Shown: positions 11,874-22,691, counted from the first letter of the stretch. The stretch: DNA of 64,000 bases from Nitrospirota bacterium (GCA_963663225.1 OY760142.1:2816001-2880000); one strand, 5' to 3'. Notes: generated by a model not told the origin, from the sequence alone. Made by a program: numbers and translations.

Positions 11874-12869
11874 CTAACCAGCTAAAATTCTCTGTTTTAA
11901 TTCAGCAGGCTTCACAACTGCCGTACCTACAGTACCCACTACAATTCCCGCGGCATAGTTCGAAAGTATGGCAGCATCAACAGTGCCGGAGCCTGCGGCC
12001 ATCGCGAGGGTGAGCGCACTGATGACCGTATCACCAGCGCCTGTCACATCGAAAACTTTCTGCGCAACCGTCGGAATGTGAGTAATCTTCCCCCCTTGTT
12101 CAAAAAGGCTCATCCCCTGCTCACCGCGGGTAATCAGAACGGCCCTGCAGTTCAACCGCTGGAGTAGCAGCCTGCCTGCCGTAAGAAGCGATTCTTGATC
12201 GGTTATTTCCATCCGGGAACCGATGGATGCTTCGTTCACATTGGGAGTAAGAATGGTGACGCCGTTGTACATGCCGAAATGGCTTACTTTTGGATCTACG
12301 GATACGATTACGTTGCTCTTTCGTGCGAGTTTTACAATATCCTTAACGAGGTCCTTGGTAACAACCCCTTTGCAGTAATCGGACAGTACAAGAGCATCGA
12401 GACCCTCGGCTATCTGCTGTTTGACATAGTCGAATATGCGGCGATGGATGTCTTTTCCGATTTTTTCCTTTGTCTCGCGATCAAAACGGACCACCTGCTG
12501 GCTGTGAGCAATAATACGGGTTTTTATGGTGGTCGGTCTGTCCGGGGAGGTGATCAAACCGTCTGTAGTGATGCCTTGCGACCGAAGCAGATGCAAAAGC
12601 TGTTTTCCCGCATCATCATGCCCGATTACACCGCAGATGCGCACAATGCCGCCGAGGCTGTGAATATTGTTGACTACGTTGGCGGCGCCGCCCAACAGTA
12701 AATTTTCTTTGGTGACATTTACGACCGGAACCGGCGCCTCCGGCGATATCCGGGAGACTTTTCCCCAGATATAGTGGTCCAGCACAATGTCTCCAACTAC
12801 CAGGGTGCGGGTATTGGGAAAAAGGTCAATATATTTATTAAGGCGTTTCCTTGTATTCGTTAAGGTCAT
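11874..12869 (-). CDS. rfaE1: D-glycero-beta-D-manno-heptose-7-phosphate kinase (RfaE domain I)
   Basis: RISPEAPVPV, GGAANV, DVTGAGDT (PfkB family). Confidence 0.93.
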   Translation of the reverse strand: MTLTNTRKRLNKYIDLFPNTRTLVVGDIVLDHYIWGKVSRISPEAPVPVVNVTKENLLLGGAANVVNNIHSLGGIVRICGVIGHDDAGKQLLHLLRSQGITTDGLITSPDRPTTIKTRIIAHSQQVVRFDRETKEKIGKDIHRRIFDYVKQQIAEGLDALVLSDYCKGVVTKDLVKDIVKLARKSNVIVSVDPKVSHFGMYNGVTILTPNVNEASIGSRMEITDQESLLTAGRLLLQRLNCRAVLITRGEQGMSLFEQGGKITHIPTVAQKVFDVTGAGDTVISALTLAMAAGSGTVDAAILSNYAAGIVVGTVGTAVVKPAELKQRILAG

Positions 12870-12871
12870 GG

Positions 12872-13660
12872 TTATTCTTTTCCTGTTTCAATTTTGGTTA
12901 GAGTAGCGACGATCGAGCCTAATGTTATCGTGCTTTTCATTAGCACGGGTATTTTTTTGTCATCATCTGTTATCCAAATAAAAATTTCCCCTTTATTCAT
13001 GAATACACCTTCGTATTTGGGGTAGGTCTTGACTTTGATGGTATCAAACTCACCGGCTGGTGTTTTGATCCGTTCCCTGCCGAGCGTATATATTTCAACC
13101 GACCAGGTTTTTCCGCTGTCAAACACATCAACGATGATGGGTTTCTCGAGCAAAAAATCATGACGTGATCGCACGTAATAGAGAGAGGACAATGCATCTT
13201 GTATGCCCGTGGGAATGCTGTATGTTTCCGGTGGATCGTCATTCAGCCTGAAGAGGGCTGTTTTATTATCATGATCGAAAGCAATGGTCCGTTTTCTTTT
13301 TTTGCCGCCGTGGCTTTCCCTCAGGTTAAACGAAAAACTATACAGTTCGTGTGCATCGACCAAGCTTTCTACGACATCCCGAATTGGAAAAAACTGTTCA
13401 AGCACCCCCACAGAATGTGTCGAGGCGACAAACTGATATGCCTTTCTGCCATCCGCTGTCGTGGTGTTTTTCACCTCCATGACGGCGATGCCGGCATCAA
13501 TAATTTTTGACCAGCTGATAACATAGGTAAGCTTTTCTCCCCTGGCAAAAGCGTGGTTTAAAATCTTATCTTTCTTTGAGAGGTGCTGTGATGGTGAAGC
13601 GGATGCGATTTGAACGCAGGATAACACAATACACACAAATAGTAATCGCTTCAACCACAT
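12872..13660 (-). CDS. Exported DUF3108-like protein
   Basis: Signal peptide, GEKLTY, QDALS, TPAGEFDT, WITDD..KIPV pattern. Confidence 0.7.
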   Translation of the reverse strand: MWLKRLLFVCIVLSCVQIASASPSQHLSKKDKILNHAFARGEKLTYVISWSKIIDAGIAVMEVKNTTTADGRKAYQFVASTHSVGVLEQFFPIRDVVESLVDAHELYSFSFNLRESHGGKKRKRTIAFDHDNKTALFRLNDDPPETYSIPTGIQDALSSLYYVRSRHDFLLEKPIIVDVFDSGKTWSVEIYTLGRERIKTPAGEFDTIKVKTYPKYEGVFMNKGEIFIWITDDDKKIPVLMKSTITLGSIVATLTKIETGKE

Positions 13661-14658
13661 GAGATTGCCTTTTGGACCGCTTGATACACCTCATCAACAG
13701 AAATTTCAGCCATGCATGCCCTGGTTCCCAGAGGGCATTCTTTTTCTTCACAAGGTATGCAGGAAAGATTTTTTATCAAAACTTGATGCCCTTGTCCGAT
13801 TGGTCCCGTACGTCGGGGATCGGTCGAGCCGTACAACCCAACCACAGGGGTACCGACCGCCGTGGCCAGATGCAAGGGGCCGGTATCAGAACTCACGAGA
13901 CAGTCGCACCGTGCTAAAAGTGCCGCAGAGTGGGTGATTGAAAGTTCTCCTGCAGCAGATACCGCTTTTCCTTTCATGAAAGAAAGTACTTTTTCTACCA
14001 GATCACGATCTTCCGCACCGCCGATATAAACAACGTTTACACCAAGCCGGCTGATCAGACAATCAGCAAGGGCCGCGAAACGATCCGGAAACCAGTTTCT
14101 CGCCGGGCGGGCCGCCCCTACACTGCAATTCAATGCAATCAGCGGTTTCGATGCATCAATTTCTCGTTTGTTTAAAAAAAGTTCAACCAGTGCTGCAGCT
14201 CCAGCTTGTATCGGCAGTTCGATGCGCTCAACAGGGTCGTGAATTCCAAGCGGAGACAACACGTGCATGAAATTTTCTGTCGCGTGCAGGCGTTTATTTC
14301 TTGAGTTGAATTTTTTCTGTTTTTTGTAGGCGAGTACCATCTTTGCATTGCAGAAGCGCCGCAGCAATAATGAGCGCAGGGATGACTGCATATCGAGAAA
14401 TAAATCGTAATGCTCAATCCTGTATCCTGCCATGATAGTCAGAAGACTTCTGAAATCTTTTTTTATTTTCGTTTTATCGAATAGTTGAACGCTGTCAGCA
14501 AGAGATGTTCCCTGAATGAGTTGTTCTAATCCCGGTGAGACCACAACAGTGATATGTGCAGCAGGATATTTTTTTTTTAACGATTTCAAAGCAGGAAGCG
14601 TATGCAGAAAATCTCCGATGGCGCCCGGTTTGAAAAAAAGTATTTTCTTTATTTCCAT
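13651..14658 (-). CDS. Glycosyltransferase family 9 (LPS heptosyltransferase-like)
   Basis: GAIGD, SDTGPLHLATAVGTPVVGLYG, C-terminal CxxC...C...C. Confidence 0.9.
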   Translation of the reverse strand: MEIKKILFFKPGAIGDFLHTLPALKSLKKKYPAAHITVVVSPGLEQLIQGTSLADSVQLFDKTKIKKDFRSLLTIMAGYRIEHYDLFLDMQSSLRSLLLRRFCNAKMVLAYKKQKKFNSRNKRLHATENFMHVLSPLGIHDPVERIELPIQAGAAALVELFLNKREIDASKPLIALNCSVGAARPARNWFPDRFAALADCLISRLGVNVVYIGGAEDRDLVEKVLSFMKGKAVSAAGELSITHSAALLARCDCLVSSDTGPLHLATAVGTPVVGLYGSTDPRRTGPIGQGHQVLIKNLSCIPCEEKECPLGTRACMAEISVDEVYQAVQKAISCG

Positions 14659-14855
14659 TTCGCGGTCATTATATGTTAATGTCTTGAATTTGTAAAGATA
14701 TTTTTCAGAAATACACTGTACAAAGGATTATTTGATGTTGCGATTTAGAGAATGTTTGAAAAGAATGAGGAAAAATAGTTCATAAAAAGAGCGCGTTTAT
14801 TTTGAAATAACAGTATCTCTATAGACCTGCCGCGTCAGCAACAAAGACATTTCTC

Positions 14856-14883
14856 TTGACAAAAAATTGTGATTATATATTAT
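14856..14883 (+). promoter_or_regulatory. Putative sigma70 promoter of tRNA-Leu
   Basis: TTGACA-16 nt-TATTAT, ending 22 nt before the tRNA. Confidence 0.6.
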
Positions 14884-14905
14884 TCAATACGAACAAACGT
14901 TTCAT

Positions 14906-14994
14906 GCCGCTGTGGCGGAATTGGCAGACGCAAGGGACTTAAAATCCCTCGCTGGGCAACTGGCGTACCGGTTCGATTCCGGTCAGCGGCACCA
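14906..14994 (+). tRNA. tRNA-Leu (anticodon TAA)
   Basis: Acceptor stem GCCGCTG/CAGCGGC, D-arm TGGCGGAATTGGCAGACGC, anticodon arm AGGGA-CTTAAAA-TCCCT, long variable arm, GGTTCGATTCC T-arm, encoded ACCA. Confidence 0.96.
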
Positions 14995-15054
14995 CTTTTC
15001 AAGCACTAATTACTCAACCCTTATCCTGCAATTCACCGAAAAAATCACGTTTTT

Positions 15055-15825
15055 TTAAGAAACAGATCTACACCATGGTGAAAGATTGGAACAAAACTGC
15101 GGTACAAAAGTATCATATTCTCCTGTAAAGTTACCGCACTGCAGTAAAACAGCTTTAAGCAATGATGCACTATGCCCTAACTGCACATAAGCCTCTTCTT
15201 TTGTCATATTTCTGTTCTCAGCCTTAATCTTTAAGCCGAGTTGACGTGATGAATTCGCGATCCTTGCTATTTCATAGGGTAATTCCGTCCAAAAGTTCTC
15301 TTTGCTTAGTTTAATTTCATACATATTCCTTTCGATTTTTTTGAGGTTATCCAATATTCCAGCGTCTACAATTCCGTCATTGGCAGAGTGATACGTTCTG
15401 TTAAAATCATCGAAGGGCATATTATGCAGTGGTTGAGATAAATCTCCTATATAGTGGACAGCAAAGGCCATATTGTACGCAGCATATTTATCAGAAACTT
15501 TCCGTTTATCCAGATAATCTTTTAGGGCAGCTATAATCGCTCCATACAAATGGCCCTCGTTGTCAGTGGGACTGTTATACGCCTTAACCTGGCTAAGAAC
15601 TATTTTGTCAGTAACGGTCCCATTCTCATAATTGTTAAAATAATGGTTTTTCTCTTCTATGGCACCCGCTTTGTTTTTAGTAATGTCTGCACCGGCAGCA
15701 TTGTACCAACATCCGTAACCGGCAGCTTTTGCGATAGCTATATGGGTTTTATCATGCCAGGCATAAGCATGAGAGGATATAAGAAAAGTTGAAAAAGCTA
15801 TAACAAGAAAGATAAGCCTATTCAT
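15055..15825 (-). CDS. Secreted Zn-dependent phospholipase C / S1-P1 nuclease superfamily protein
   Basis: Signal peptide ending AYA, mature N-terminus W-x4-H (WHDKTH), HYIGDLSQPLH, H-x3-D zinc ligands. Confidence 0.75.
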   Translation of the reverse strand: MNRLIFLVIAFSTFLISSHAYAWHDKTHIAIAKAAGYGCWYNAAGADITKNKAGAIEEKNHYFNNYENGTVTDKIVLSQVKAYNSPTDNEGHLYGAIIAALKDYLDKRKVSDKYAAYNMAFAVHYIGDLSQPLHNMPFDDFNRTYHSANDGIVDAGILDNLKKIERNMYEIKLSKENFWTELPYEIARIANSSRQLGLKIKAENRNMTKEEAYVQLGHSASLLKAVLLQCGNFTGEYDTFVPQFCSNLSPWCRSVS

Positions 15826-15922
15826 AGATTCCTTTCGATATATAAAATTAAATTATTTAATTTAGCCGTTGCAGTTGTTTGAATTGCTTTAGTGTGAGCA
15901 TTGCGCTCTATGGTATCGAGCA

Positions 15923-16615
15923 TTAATCTCCTGTCGGAGAAATTTCAAAGTCAACAAGGTTTTCCAACTTCGACAATGCCTGTGATAACAGAGATAGATT
16001 TTTCTCTTTTCGAGTTCGAATCGTCATTTGATATTCAAAATATTTTCCTTCTCCGGTAATCGAATAGCTGATGTTGGCGATAGAGAAACCATGCCGAATA
16101 ATAAGATCCTTCAATTCTGACTCTGGCGTCACTTTTTCGCGATAAAAACGAAGTGTATGATGAGCCAGAATCTGGCTGGGCATTTTAGCTTCTATCCATC
16201 GAAACACAGAAAGAATCCCAAGTGTGAGGATTGTCACTATTATTACGGCATTGAAGAAGCCGACTCCTGCCAAAATTCCGATAGATGCGGTGATCCATAT
16301 AGAAGCTGCTGTTGTTAGCCCCCGTACTGATAACCCTTCTTTCATAATAACGCCGGCACCCAGGAAACCGATTCCGGTCATGATCCCTTGAGCCATTCGT
16401 GTAGGATCAATCCTGACAGTTTCTACTACACTGCCGGCAAACCAATGGCGCTCATAAATCGCTACAAGCATTAAGATACTAGAAGCTAAACAAACAAGTG
16501 TATGCGTTCGAAATCCTGCAGGACGTCCGTGGAAACTGCGCTCCAGCCCTATCAATCCTCCCGCGATTGTAGCTACAATCAGATTCCCAAGCGCACCAAG
16601 AGTTTCAGCGTTCAT
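15923..16615 (-). CDS. mgtC: MgtC/SapB family membrane protein
   Basis: IGLER, AGFRTH, DPTRMAQGIMTGIGFLGAG, GLTTAASIW. Confidence 0.9.
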   Translation of the reverse strand: MNAETLGALGNLIVATIAGGLIGLERSFHGRPAGFRTHTLVCLASSILMLVAIYERHWFAGSVVETVRIDPTRMAQGIMTGIGFLGAGVIMKEGLSVRGLTTAASIWITASIGILAGVGFFNAVIIVTILTLGILSVFRWIEAKMPSQILAHHTLRFYREKVTPESELKDLIIRHGFSIANISYSITGEGKYFEYQMTIRTRKEKNLSLLSQALSKLENLVDFEISPTGD

Positions 16616-16797
16616 AGCCTGTTTCTCCTCCTGTTCATAGTCTGCTAATTGAAAAAATTTTTTTTTATTTAATTATATAAAAACAAGGTTTTTAAGTATT
16701 TAGTCGCACGCCTGGCTCAGGCTTAGTTTTTCCGCCAAAAGCTTTTGTTTTATTTATAATTAACTGCAAAAAGTCTACTCTTCCTTATTCAAAAAGT

Positions 16798-16825
16798 AAA
16801 GCCCTGGGTTTCCCCAAGGGCTTTT
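16798..16825 (-). terminator. Rho-independent terminator downstream of ttuC (possibly bidirectional)
   Basis: AAAGCCCTGGG-TTTC-CCCAAGGGCTTTT hairpin with T-rich tails on both strands. Confidence 0.75.
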
Positions 16826-16967
16826 AAAATTGTTGAGCTCATATACACGCGTGAAATTATCTAAGCGGGATGTGCCCGGCTAGCAGCAGTTGAAAAAAAC
16901 AGCAATTGCAGACTGTGGCACAGGAGAACTGAAATTTTCGAAAAATGGAACCGTATGCGTATCACGA

Positions 16968-18041
16968 CTATTTAGCCAATACGCGCATCTTTGCAATAAT
17001 CGCGGACGTTACTTCCATCGTTTTTGCTGTGCCGCCCAAATCCGGCGTTAATATACGGCCCTCCGCAGTCACGGCCCTGATCGCAGAATCGATTAATTTT
17101 GCGGCTTGCTTGTGGCCGAGGAAATCGAGCATCATCGAACCGCACCAAATCATTGCGACCGGATTTGCGATGCCCTTTCCGACGATATCGGGGGCTGAAC
17201 CGTGAACCGGTTCGAACATCGACGGATAGTCACGTTCAGGATTAATGTTTCCACTCGGGGCAATGCCCATGCTCCCGCTGATCGCCGCCGCGATATCGGT
17301 AAGAATATCACCGTGTAGATTCGTTGCAACAATTACATCGAGTGATTCAGGCCGTAAAATACACCGTGCCGAAAGCGCGTCAATCAATACCCGTTCAACG
17401 GACACATCCGGAAATTCCTTGCCCACCTCCCTCACTATTTCATCCCAAAAGGTTAATGAATGTTGCTGTGCGTTTGACTTGGTCGCGCTGACCAGCTTTT
17501 TACCCCGGCTTTGCGCAAGCTTGTATGAGTACCGCACGACCCGCTCTACGCCGACGCGCGTAAATATTGACGTTTCGACTGCAACCTCAATCGGCAAGCC
17601 ATGATGCCCCCGCCCTCCCGCACCGGTATACTCGCCTTCCGTATTTTCCCGGATAACTATGAAGTTGAAATCTCCCGCTTTTTTACCGGCGAGCGGCGTT
17701 TTGATCCCCGGAAGCAACTCACAGGGGCGATAGCAGACATACTGTTCAAACCCCTGACAGATCGGTATCCTCAAACCGCGCAAAGAAATGTGATCAGGCA
17801 CGGTAGGAAAGCCGACCGCACCGAAATAAATCGCATCAAACGGTTTGAGGATTTTGAGAGCATCTTCTTCCATCATCCTGCCGTGTTTGAGATAATAATT
17901 ACAACCGTATGGGAAATACTCGTAGGTAAATTTATATTCCCCTGTCAATTCAGCAGCAGCATCTAACACTTGTACACCTTCAGGCGTGATTTCTTCGCCA
18001 ATTCCATCACCAGGAATAACTGCAATGTTGTGGTATTTCAT
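16968..18041 (-). CDS. ttuC: Tartrate dehydrogenase/decarboxylase (D-malate dehydrogenase; beta-decarboxylating family)
   Basis: [39 protein letters not shown]; GGAGG SD before the ATG at 18041; tartrate context. Confidence 0.85.
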   Translation of the reverse strand: MKYHNIAVIPGDGIGEEITPEGVQVLDAAAELTGEYKFTYEYFPYGCNYYLKHGRMMEEDALKILKPFDAIYFGAVGFPTVPDHISLRGLRIPICQGFEQYVCYRPCELLPGIKTPLAGKKAGDFNFIVIRENTEGEYTGAGGRGHHGLPIEVAVETSIFTRVGVERVVRYSYKLAQSRGKKLVSATKSNAQQHSLTFWDEIVREVGKEFPDVSVERVLIDALSARCILRPESLDVIVATNLHGDILTDIAAAISGSMGIAPSGNINPERDYPSMFEPVHGSAPDIVGKGIANPVAMIWCGSMMLDFLGHKQAAKLIDSAIRAVTAEGRILTPDLGGTAKTMEVTSAIIAKMRVLAK

Positions 18042-18285
18042 ATGCACCTCCTATTGTAATATAACCTAAAATTTCGGCAAGATCGGGCTTACCGTTTTAT
18101 TCATGAGTAGATTTTAGGACAAGTTCTATTGCTCATACAGGATGCTTGATAACGGAAGCACTTGTAGAAAGATCATTTTGAGAATAAACCAAGTTTTCGG
18201 AACTCTCCTTATTTAAGAGAATTTTACAAAGCCAATCGAATTAGTCCCACCAACCAATAAAGAAGTGCAGGCATTACAATATATT

Positions 18286-18325
18286 AAAAAAAATTCATCT
18301 CTCTACCGGGTAAAGAGAGATGAAT
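18286..18325 (-). terminator. Rho-independent terminator after mdh
   Basis: Perfect 12-bp arms ATTCATCTCTCT/AGAGAGATGAAT followed by a poly-T run on the minus strand. Confidence 0.75.
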
Positions 18326-18478
18326 AGGAAATAAAAGCAGTCTGTACCGGGGTAATTTTAGAAATTCATTATTTCACACCTCGATGCTTATCGATATAAA
18401 ACATATTAACTGTCAATTGGGCAAATCACCACTATGTCTAGCATGTATTAAACGGTTTTTTAATTTTAATGATAACAT

Positions 18479-19450
18479 TTAATTCACAGTATATCCAGTC
18501 GTCAAGGACTCTGCATTTGCATTATCGTTCTTCAGTTTCTCAAGAAGAAAACGTGTTGCATCGACTGACTTTGAAAAATCGGTTTTTTCTATTTCATTCA
18601 GCTTAAATTCGACAATCTTTTCCACACCGTTCCTGCCTAATACTACCGGCACGCCAATGTATATGTCGTGCATTCCGTATTCCCCTTCAAGATATGCTGC
18701 GCAGGACAATAGCCTTTTTTCATCACTCACGATAGCTTTGATCATATGAAAAATTGCTGCAGCCGGTGCATAATATGCACTCCCGCTTTTAAGCAACGAG
18801 ACTATTTCCCCCCCCCCATCCCTTGTCCGCTGGACAAGCGCGTCGATCCGTTCCTTTGGAAACAGCTCCGTAACAGGAACGCCTTTTACAGTCGTGAACC
18901 TGGGCATGGGGACCATCTGGTCTCCGTGACCACCCATTACCAGTGCCTCTACATCTCGTGGCGATACACCCGCTTCCCAGGCTACAAAAGTTCTGAATCT
19001 CGAAGAATCCAATATTCCACCCATGCCGACAACCCGCTTTTTGTCGAATCCTGAAACTTTCAAACTCAATTGAGTCATGACGTCCACTGGATTTGTTACT
19101 ATTATGATAATTGCACTGGGAGAAAGGATAGAAGCTTTCCCAACTGCCTCTGAAACGACTTTTGCATTTGCCACCAAGAGGTCTTCCCTCGTCATACCGG
19201 GTTGTCTCGGAAAGCCTGCCGTCACCACGAGGATGTCAGATCCAGCTGTATCCCCAAAATCGTTTGTTCCTATAACAGAAGATGAAGATATCCATAAAGG
19301 TGCGGCTTCTACTATGTCGAGCGCTTTACCTTGTGGCACTCCAGCGACAACATCATAAAGAACAACGTCAGATAGTTCGGCCTGCACCATCAGAAACGCA
19401 AGAGTTGATCCTACGTTGCCTGCACCAATAATAGATATTTTCATTTTCAT
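18479..19450 (-). CDS. mdh: Malate dehydrogenase (LDH-like MDH)
   Basis: GAGNVG, TAGFPRQPGMTREDL (Arg at the specificity position), GGHGD, GSAYYAP. Confidence 0.9.
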   Translation of the reverse strand: MKMKISIIGAGNVGSTLAFLMVQAELSDVVLYDVVAGVPQGKALDIVEAAPLWISSSSVIGTNDFGDTAGSDILVVTAGFPRQPGMTREDLLVANAKVVSEAVGKASILSPSAIIIIVTNPVDVMTQLSLKVSGFDKKRVVGMGGILDSSRFRTFVAWEAGVSPRDVEALVMGGHGDQMVPMPRFTTVKGVPVTELFPKERIDALVQRTRDGGGEIVSLLKSGSAYYAPAAAIFHMIKAIVSDEKRLLSCAAYLEGEYGMHDIYIGVPVVLGRNGVEKIVEFKLNEIEKTDFSKSVDATRFLLEKLKNDNANAESLTTGYTVN

Positions 19451-19567
19451 TTTTAATCCTCTAAAAGGTGCCGATTTCAGCTAATGACAAACCTAAATCA
19501 TTTAATTTTAGGTGGTATCGTGGTGCTGCTATTGCTTATATTTACCCCTGAGGTATTCTCTTTTTCT

Positions 19568-20173
19568 TTATCTAATAAAGCGTACCTGCTGGTTAATTTC
19601 TTTGACTATAGGAGCTTTTCGGGCATTGAAGGCAATCTTGTTTTTCTCGAACAAATTGTTTCCTTTCGTGTCTATTGAGATGATCAGCGGACCAAACTCC
19701 TTGACCCGGCTTACCCACATTGCCTCCGGCATTCCAAGTTCAAGCCATTCAACCCGTTCTATCTCTTCTACTTCGCTAGCTGCCAGCACCGCACAGCCGC
19801 CTGGAAAGACAGCGTGTATCGCTTTATATTTTTTGCAACCTTCCTCTGTATTCGGCCCCATGCCCCCTTTACCGATAATAAGTTTAACACCGGTCTGTTT
19901 GATAAACTCCTGCTCATGCACTTCCATGCGCATACTGGTTGTGGGGCCAATGGAGATCATCTGCCACCCTCCGCCATTCTTTGCCACAATAGGCCCGGCG
20001 TGAAAAATCGCCAGCCCTTCCAGATCAACCGGGAGTTCCCGTCCCTGGTCAACCAGCCTGCGGTGGGGCATATCGCGACAGGTTATCAGATAGCCGTTTA
20101 GATAAACAATGTCTCCTACAGACAGGTTTTCTATGTCTTCGTTTTTAATAGGAGTGGTAAGTATCTTTTTCAT
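19568..20173 (-). CDS. ttdB: L(+)-tartrate dehydratase beta subunit
   Basis: [40 protein letters not shown]. Confidence 0.93.
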   Translation of the reverse strand: MKKILTTPIKNEDIENLSVGDIVYLNGYLITCRDMPHRRLVDQGRELPVDLEGLAIFHAGPIVAKNGGGWQMISIGPTTSMRMEVHEQEFIKQTGVKLIIGKGGMGPNTEEGCKKYKAIHAVFPGGCAVLAASEVEEIERVEWLELGMPEAMWVSRVKEFGPLIISIDTKGNNLFEKNKIAFNARKAPIVKEINQQVRFIR

Positions 20174-21069
20174 ATCACAGCCCCTTTATGGGAAAGGATT
20201 TCATACGACAAATCATCATTGATCTGGATCGTTCCGCGCCGGTGCGACCAACAACCGATTGAAATCGCGATGCTGATCGTAGACGGATGCCGTGCGGCTG
20301 ATTCAATATGCACACCCATAACTGAATTCGTACCCGACATCCCCTGCGGTCCCAGACCAATCTTATTCAAACCCTTTTCCAGCAGCACCTCCATCTCTGC
20401 GCCCCGGGGGTGATGATGACGAGAACCTATAGGACGGAAAAGAGCCCGTTTAGACAGATTGGTAGCCACATCAATTGAACCGCCGATGCCGACACCGACC
20501 AAGAGAGGCGGACAGGCATTCACGCCGTAGGACGTCATCACATCAAAAATATACTCAACAATTCCTTCATAACCCGCGGCGGGCATGAGCGTCTTCCCTT
20601 GTCCCGGCAGACTGCAGCCGCCACCGGCCATGTAGACCTCAATTTCAATACTTGAACTTTCCGGAATGATATTCCAGTCAATCCAGGGAATTCTTTCACC
20701 GGTATTGGTGCCGGTGTTTTTTTCTTCAAAAACCTCCACTGCGTTGTGACGAAGCGGTGCGGTTTGCGTTGCCGTATAAGCTGCGTCTGTCAAAATTTGC
20801 CTGATATTTGCAAGCAAAGGAAATCTGGATCCGACTTTGATGTAATATTGGATCACACCGGTATCCTGACAGCAGGGACGATTCAGATCAGCCGCCTTCG
20901 CTAAGTTTTCGAACATCGATTCATACACAACTTTAGCCAGCGGACTGCCTTCAGAGTCACGCAGCTCCCGCAGCTTTGTCATGATGTCATCAGGAAGATA
21001 TTTCCCGGCATAATCCGTAAATCTGGCCACGATACTCGTCATTTTCTTAATTGTTTGCTGGTCTTCCAT
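20170..21069 (-). CDS. ttdA: L(+)-tartrate dehydratase alpha subunit
   Basis: [44 protein letters not shown]. Confidence 0.93.
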   Translation of the reverse strand: MEDQQTIKKMTSIVARFTDYAGKYLPDDIMTKLRELRDSEGSPLAKVVYESMFENLAKAADLNRPCCQDTGVIQYYIKVGSRFPLLANIRQILTDAAYTATQTAPLRHNAVEVFEEKNTGTNTGERIPWIDWNIIPESSSIEIEVYMAGGGCSLPGQGKTLMPAAGYEGIVEYIFDVMTSYGVNACPPLLVGVGIGGSIDVATNLSKRALFRPIGSRHHHPRGAEMEVLLEKGLNKIGLGPQGMSGTNSVMGVHIESAARHPSTISIAISIGCWSHRRGTIQINDDLSYEILSHKGAVI

Positions 21070-21099
21070 GCTAATCTCCTGTCAATAGATCAGAAAGCC

Positions 21100-22401
21100 T
21101 CATTTTTGGCTTGCGCCTGCACAGTTCGCTTTGCCCGTTTTTGCCAAAATCAGAGTGAGGACTGCTGACAGTATCAATAGCCCGGCTACGAAGTAGAGAC
21201 CACCGGCAAAACTACCCGTGCTCTGTTTGACCCAGCCAATCACGGTTGGTCCTGCAAAACCGCCTAGGTTTCCGATTGAGTTAATGGCAGCAATGCCTGA
21301 GGCGGCGGCAGGCCCGGACAAGAACATGGTTGGCATGGACCAGAGCGGAGGTTTGCAAGAACTGATGCCGATGTTCACTAAACTTAACGTCATAACGACG
21401 CCAACCACACCGACAGCCCATCCTCCTGCCAACATCAAACCTGCTGAGGCACAAAGACACGCGAGAACGACATGCCACGGACGCTCACCCGTGCGATCGG
21501 AATGCCATGACCAGAGATACATAGCGATCACGGAAAGTGTTGGAGGCACCATGTTCAAGAAACCGACCGTCATGGTAGACACGCCGAGCTGTTTGATGAT
21601 CGAGGGAGCCCAGATTCCGAGTGTGTAGAGTCCTGCTGAAGTTCCGAAATAAACAATGCCAAGCGCCAGTACGCGGGGATCTACCAGAGCTTTCCAAGGA
21701 GAATGACTGGCTGCACCGGCTCTGGCTGCAATCTCAGCATCCATGGTCTGTACCAGCCAGGCCTTTTCATCAGCAGGCAACCACTTGGCTTGTGACGGTC
21801 GATCCGTCATGTAGAAAAAAGTAACTACGCTCATAAGAAGCGCTGGCAACGCTTCCATAATGAACATCCATTGCCATCCTTTCAGCCCCATCGTTCCGTC
21901 CATGAATTGCATGAGACTGGTGGAGATTGGAGATCCGAGAGCAGTAGAGATCGGCGCCGCAGCCATGAATATTGCCGTAACGGCAGCGCGGGAACGGGCC
22001 GGGAACCAGTAGCTCAGGTATAAGATTATTCCGGGGAAGAAACCGGCTTCCGCGACTCCGAGGAGGAACCGCAAGATGTAGAAATCGGTCGGTCCTTGCA
22101 CAAACGCCATAGCACCCGAAATAATCCCCCAGGTAAGCATGATTCTGGCGATCCATTTTCGAGCTCCGACTTTTTCAAGGATCAGGTTTGACGGTACTTC
22201 GCATATAAAGTAACCGAGAAAAAAAATGCCGGCGCCAAAGCCGAATATGGCTGGCGACAGACCGATGTCCTTGTTCATGGTAAGCGCAGCGAAGCCGATG
22301 TTGACGCGGTCAATGAACGCTATGAAGTAAAGAAAACAGACAAAGGGAACAATTCGCCATGTAATCCGGTGCAAGGTGCGTTTTTCTACTGTGTTGGTCA
22401 T
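21100..22401 (-). CDS. ttuB: MFS anion:cation symporter, putative tartrate transporter
   Basis: DRVNIGFAAL, EVPSN, AEAGFFPG, INSIGNLGGF; adjacent to ttdAB. Confidence 0.82.
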   Translation of the reverse strand: MTNTVEKRTLHRITWRIVPFVCFLYFIAFIDRVNIGFAALTMNKDIGLSPAIFGFGAGIFFLGYFICEVPSNLILEKVGARKWIARIMLTWGIISGAMAFVQGPTDFYILRFLLGVAEAGFFPGIILYLSYWFPARSRAAVTAIFMAAAPISTALGSPISTSLMQFMDGTMGLKGWQWMFIMEALPALLMSVVTFFYMTDRPSQAKWLPADEKAWLVQTMDAEIAARAGAASHSPWKALVDPRVLALGIVYFGTSAGLYTLGIWAPSIIKQLGVSTMTVGFLNMVPPTLSVIAMYLWSWHSDRTGERPWHVVLACLCASAGLMLAGGWAVGVVGVVMTLSLVNIGISSCKPPLWSMPTMFLSGPAAASGIAAINSIGNLGGFAGPTVIGWVKQSTGSFAGGLYFVAGLLILSAVLTLILAKTGKANCAGASQK

Positions 22402-22564
22402 TATAAAACCTCCTTAAATTGTTGTCTGGTATGCGACCCATCCATATATTCTAAATATTCTAATTACAATTGAATTATCTATTTGGGCAAATAAATATCC
22501 GGGCGATAACACGCTTCACAATTAATATTTTCTATCTACAGCACCGTTTTTTTTACTTATATAA

Positions 22565-22580
22565 AGCAAAATAAATGCCA
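22565..22580 (-). promoter_or_regulatory. Sigma54 (-24/-12) promoter of ttuB-ttdAB-mdh
   Basis: Minus strand TGGCAT-TTATT-TTGCT (GG-N10-GC); divergent sigma54 activator gene next door. Confidence 0.85.
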
Positions 22581-22625
22581 CAAAAAACTATTGATTTATA
22601 AGAAAATTAATTATCAATATATATA

Positions 22626-22669
22626 ATGTTTCAATTAATGTTACATGATTGATTAATTATGTTTCAATT
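22626..22669. promoter_or_regulatory. Candidate upstream activator sites
   Basis: ATGTTTCAATT repeated at 22626 and 22659 (33 bp apart); the first copy is part of the imperfect dyad TGTTTCA-N5-TGTTACA. Confidence 0.5.
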
Positions 22670-22691
22670 TATTTCAATAATAAAGAATAAA

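Noticed and set aside
16616-16797. Possible Mg2+ (M-box) riboswitch or leader peptide before mgtC
   Set aside because: No recognisable conserved motifs by eye; an Rfam scan would be needed
19484-19678. 64-aa hydrophobic plus-strand ORF between ttdB and mdh
   Set aside because: Overlaps the ttdB 3' end antisense, has no SD, and its hydrophobicity is explained by T-rich sequence
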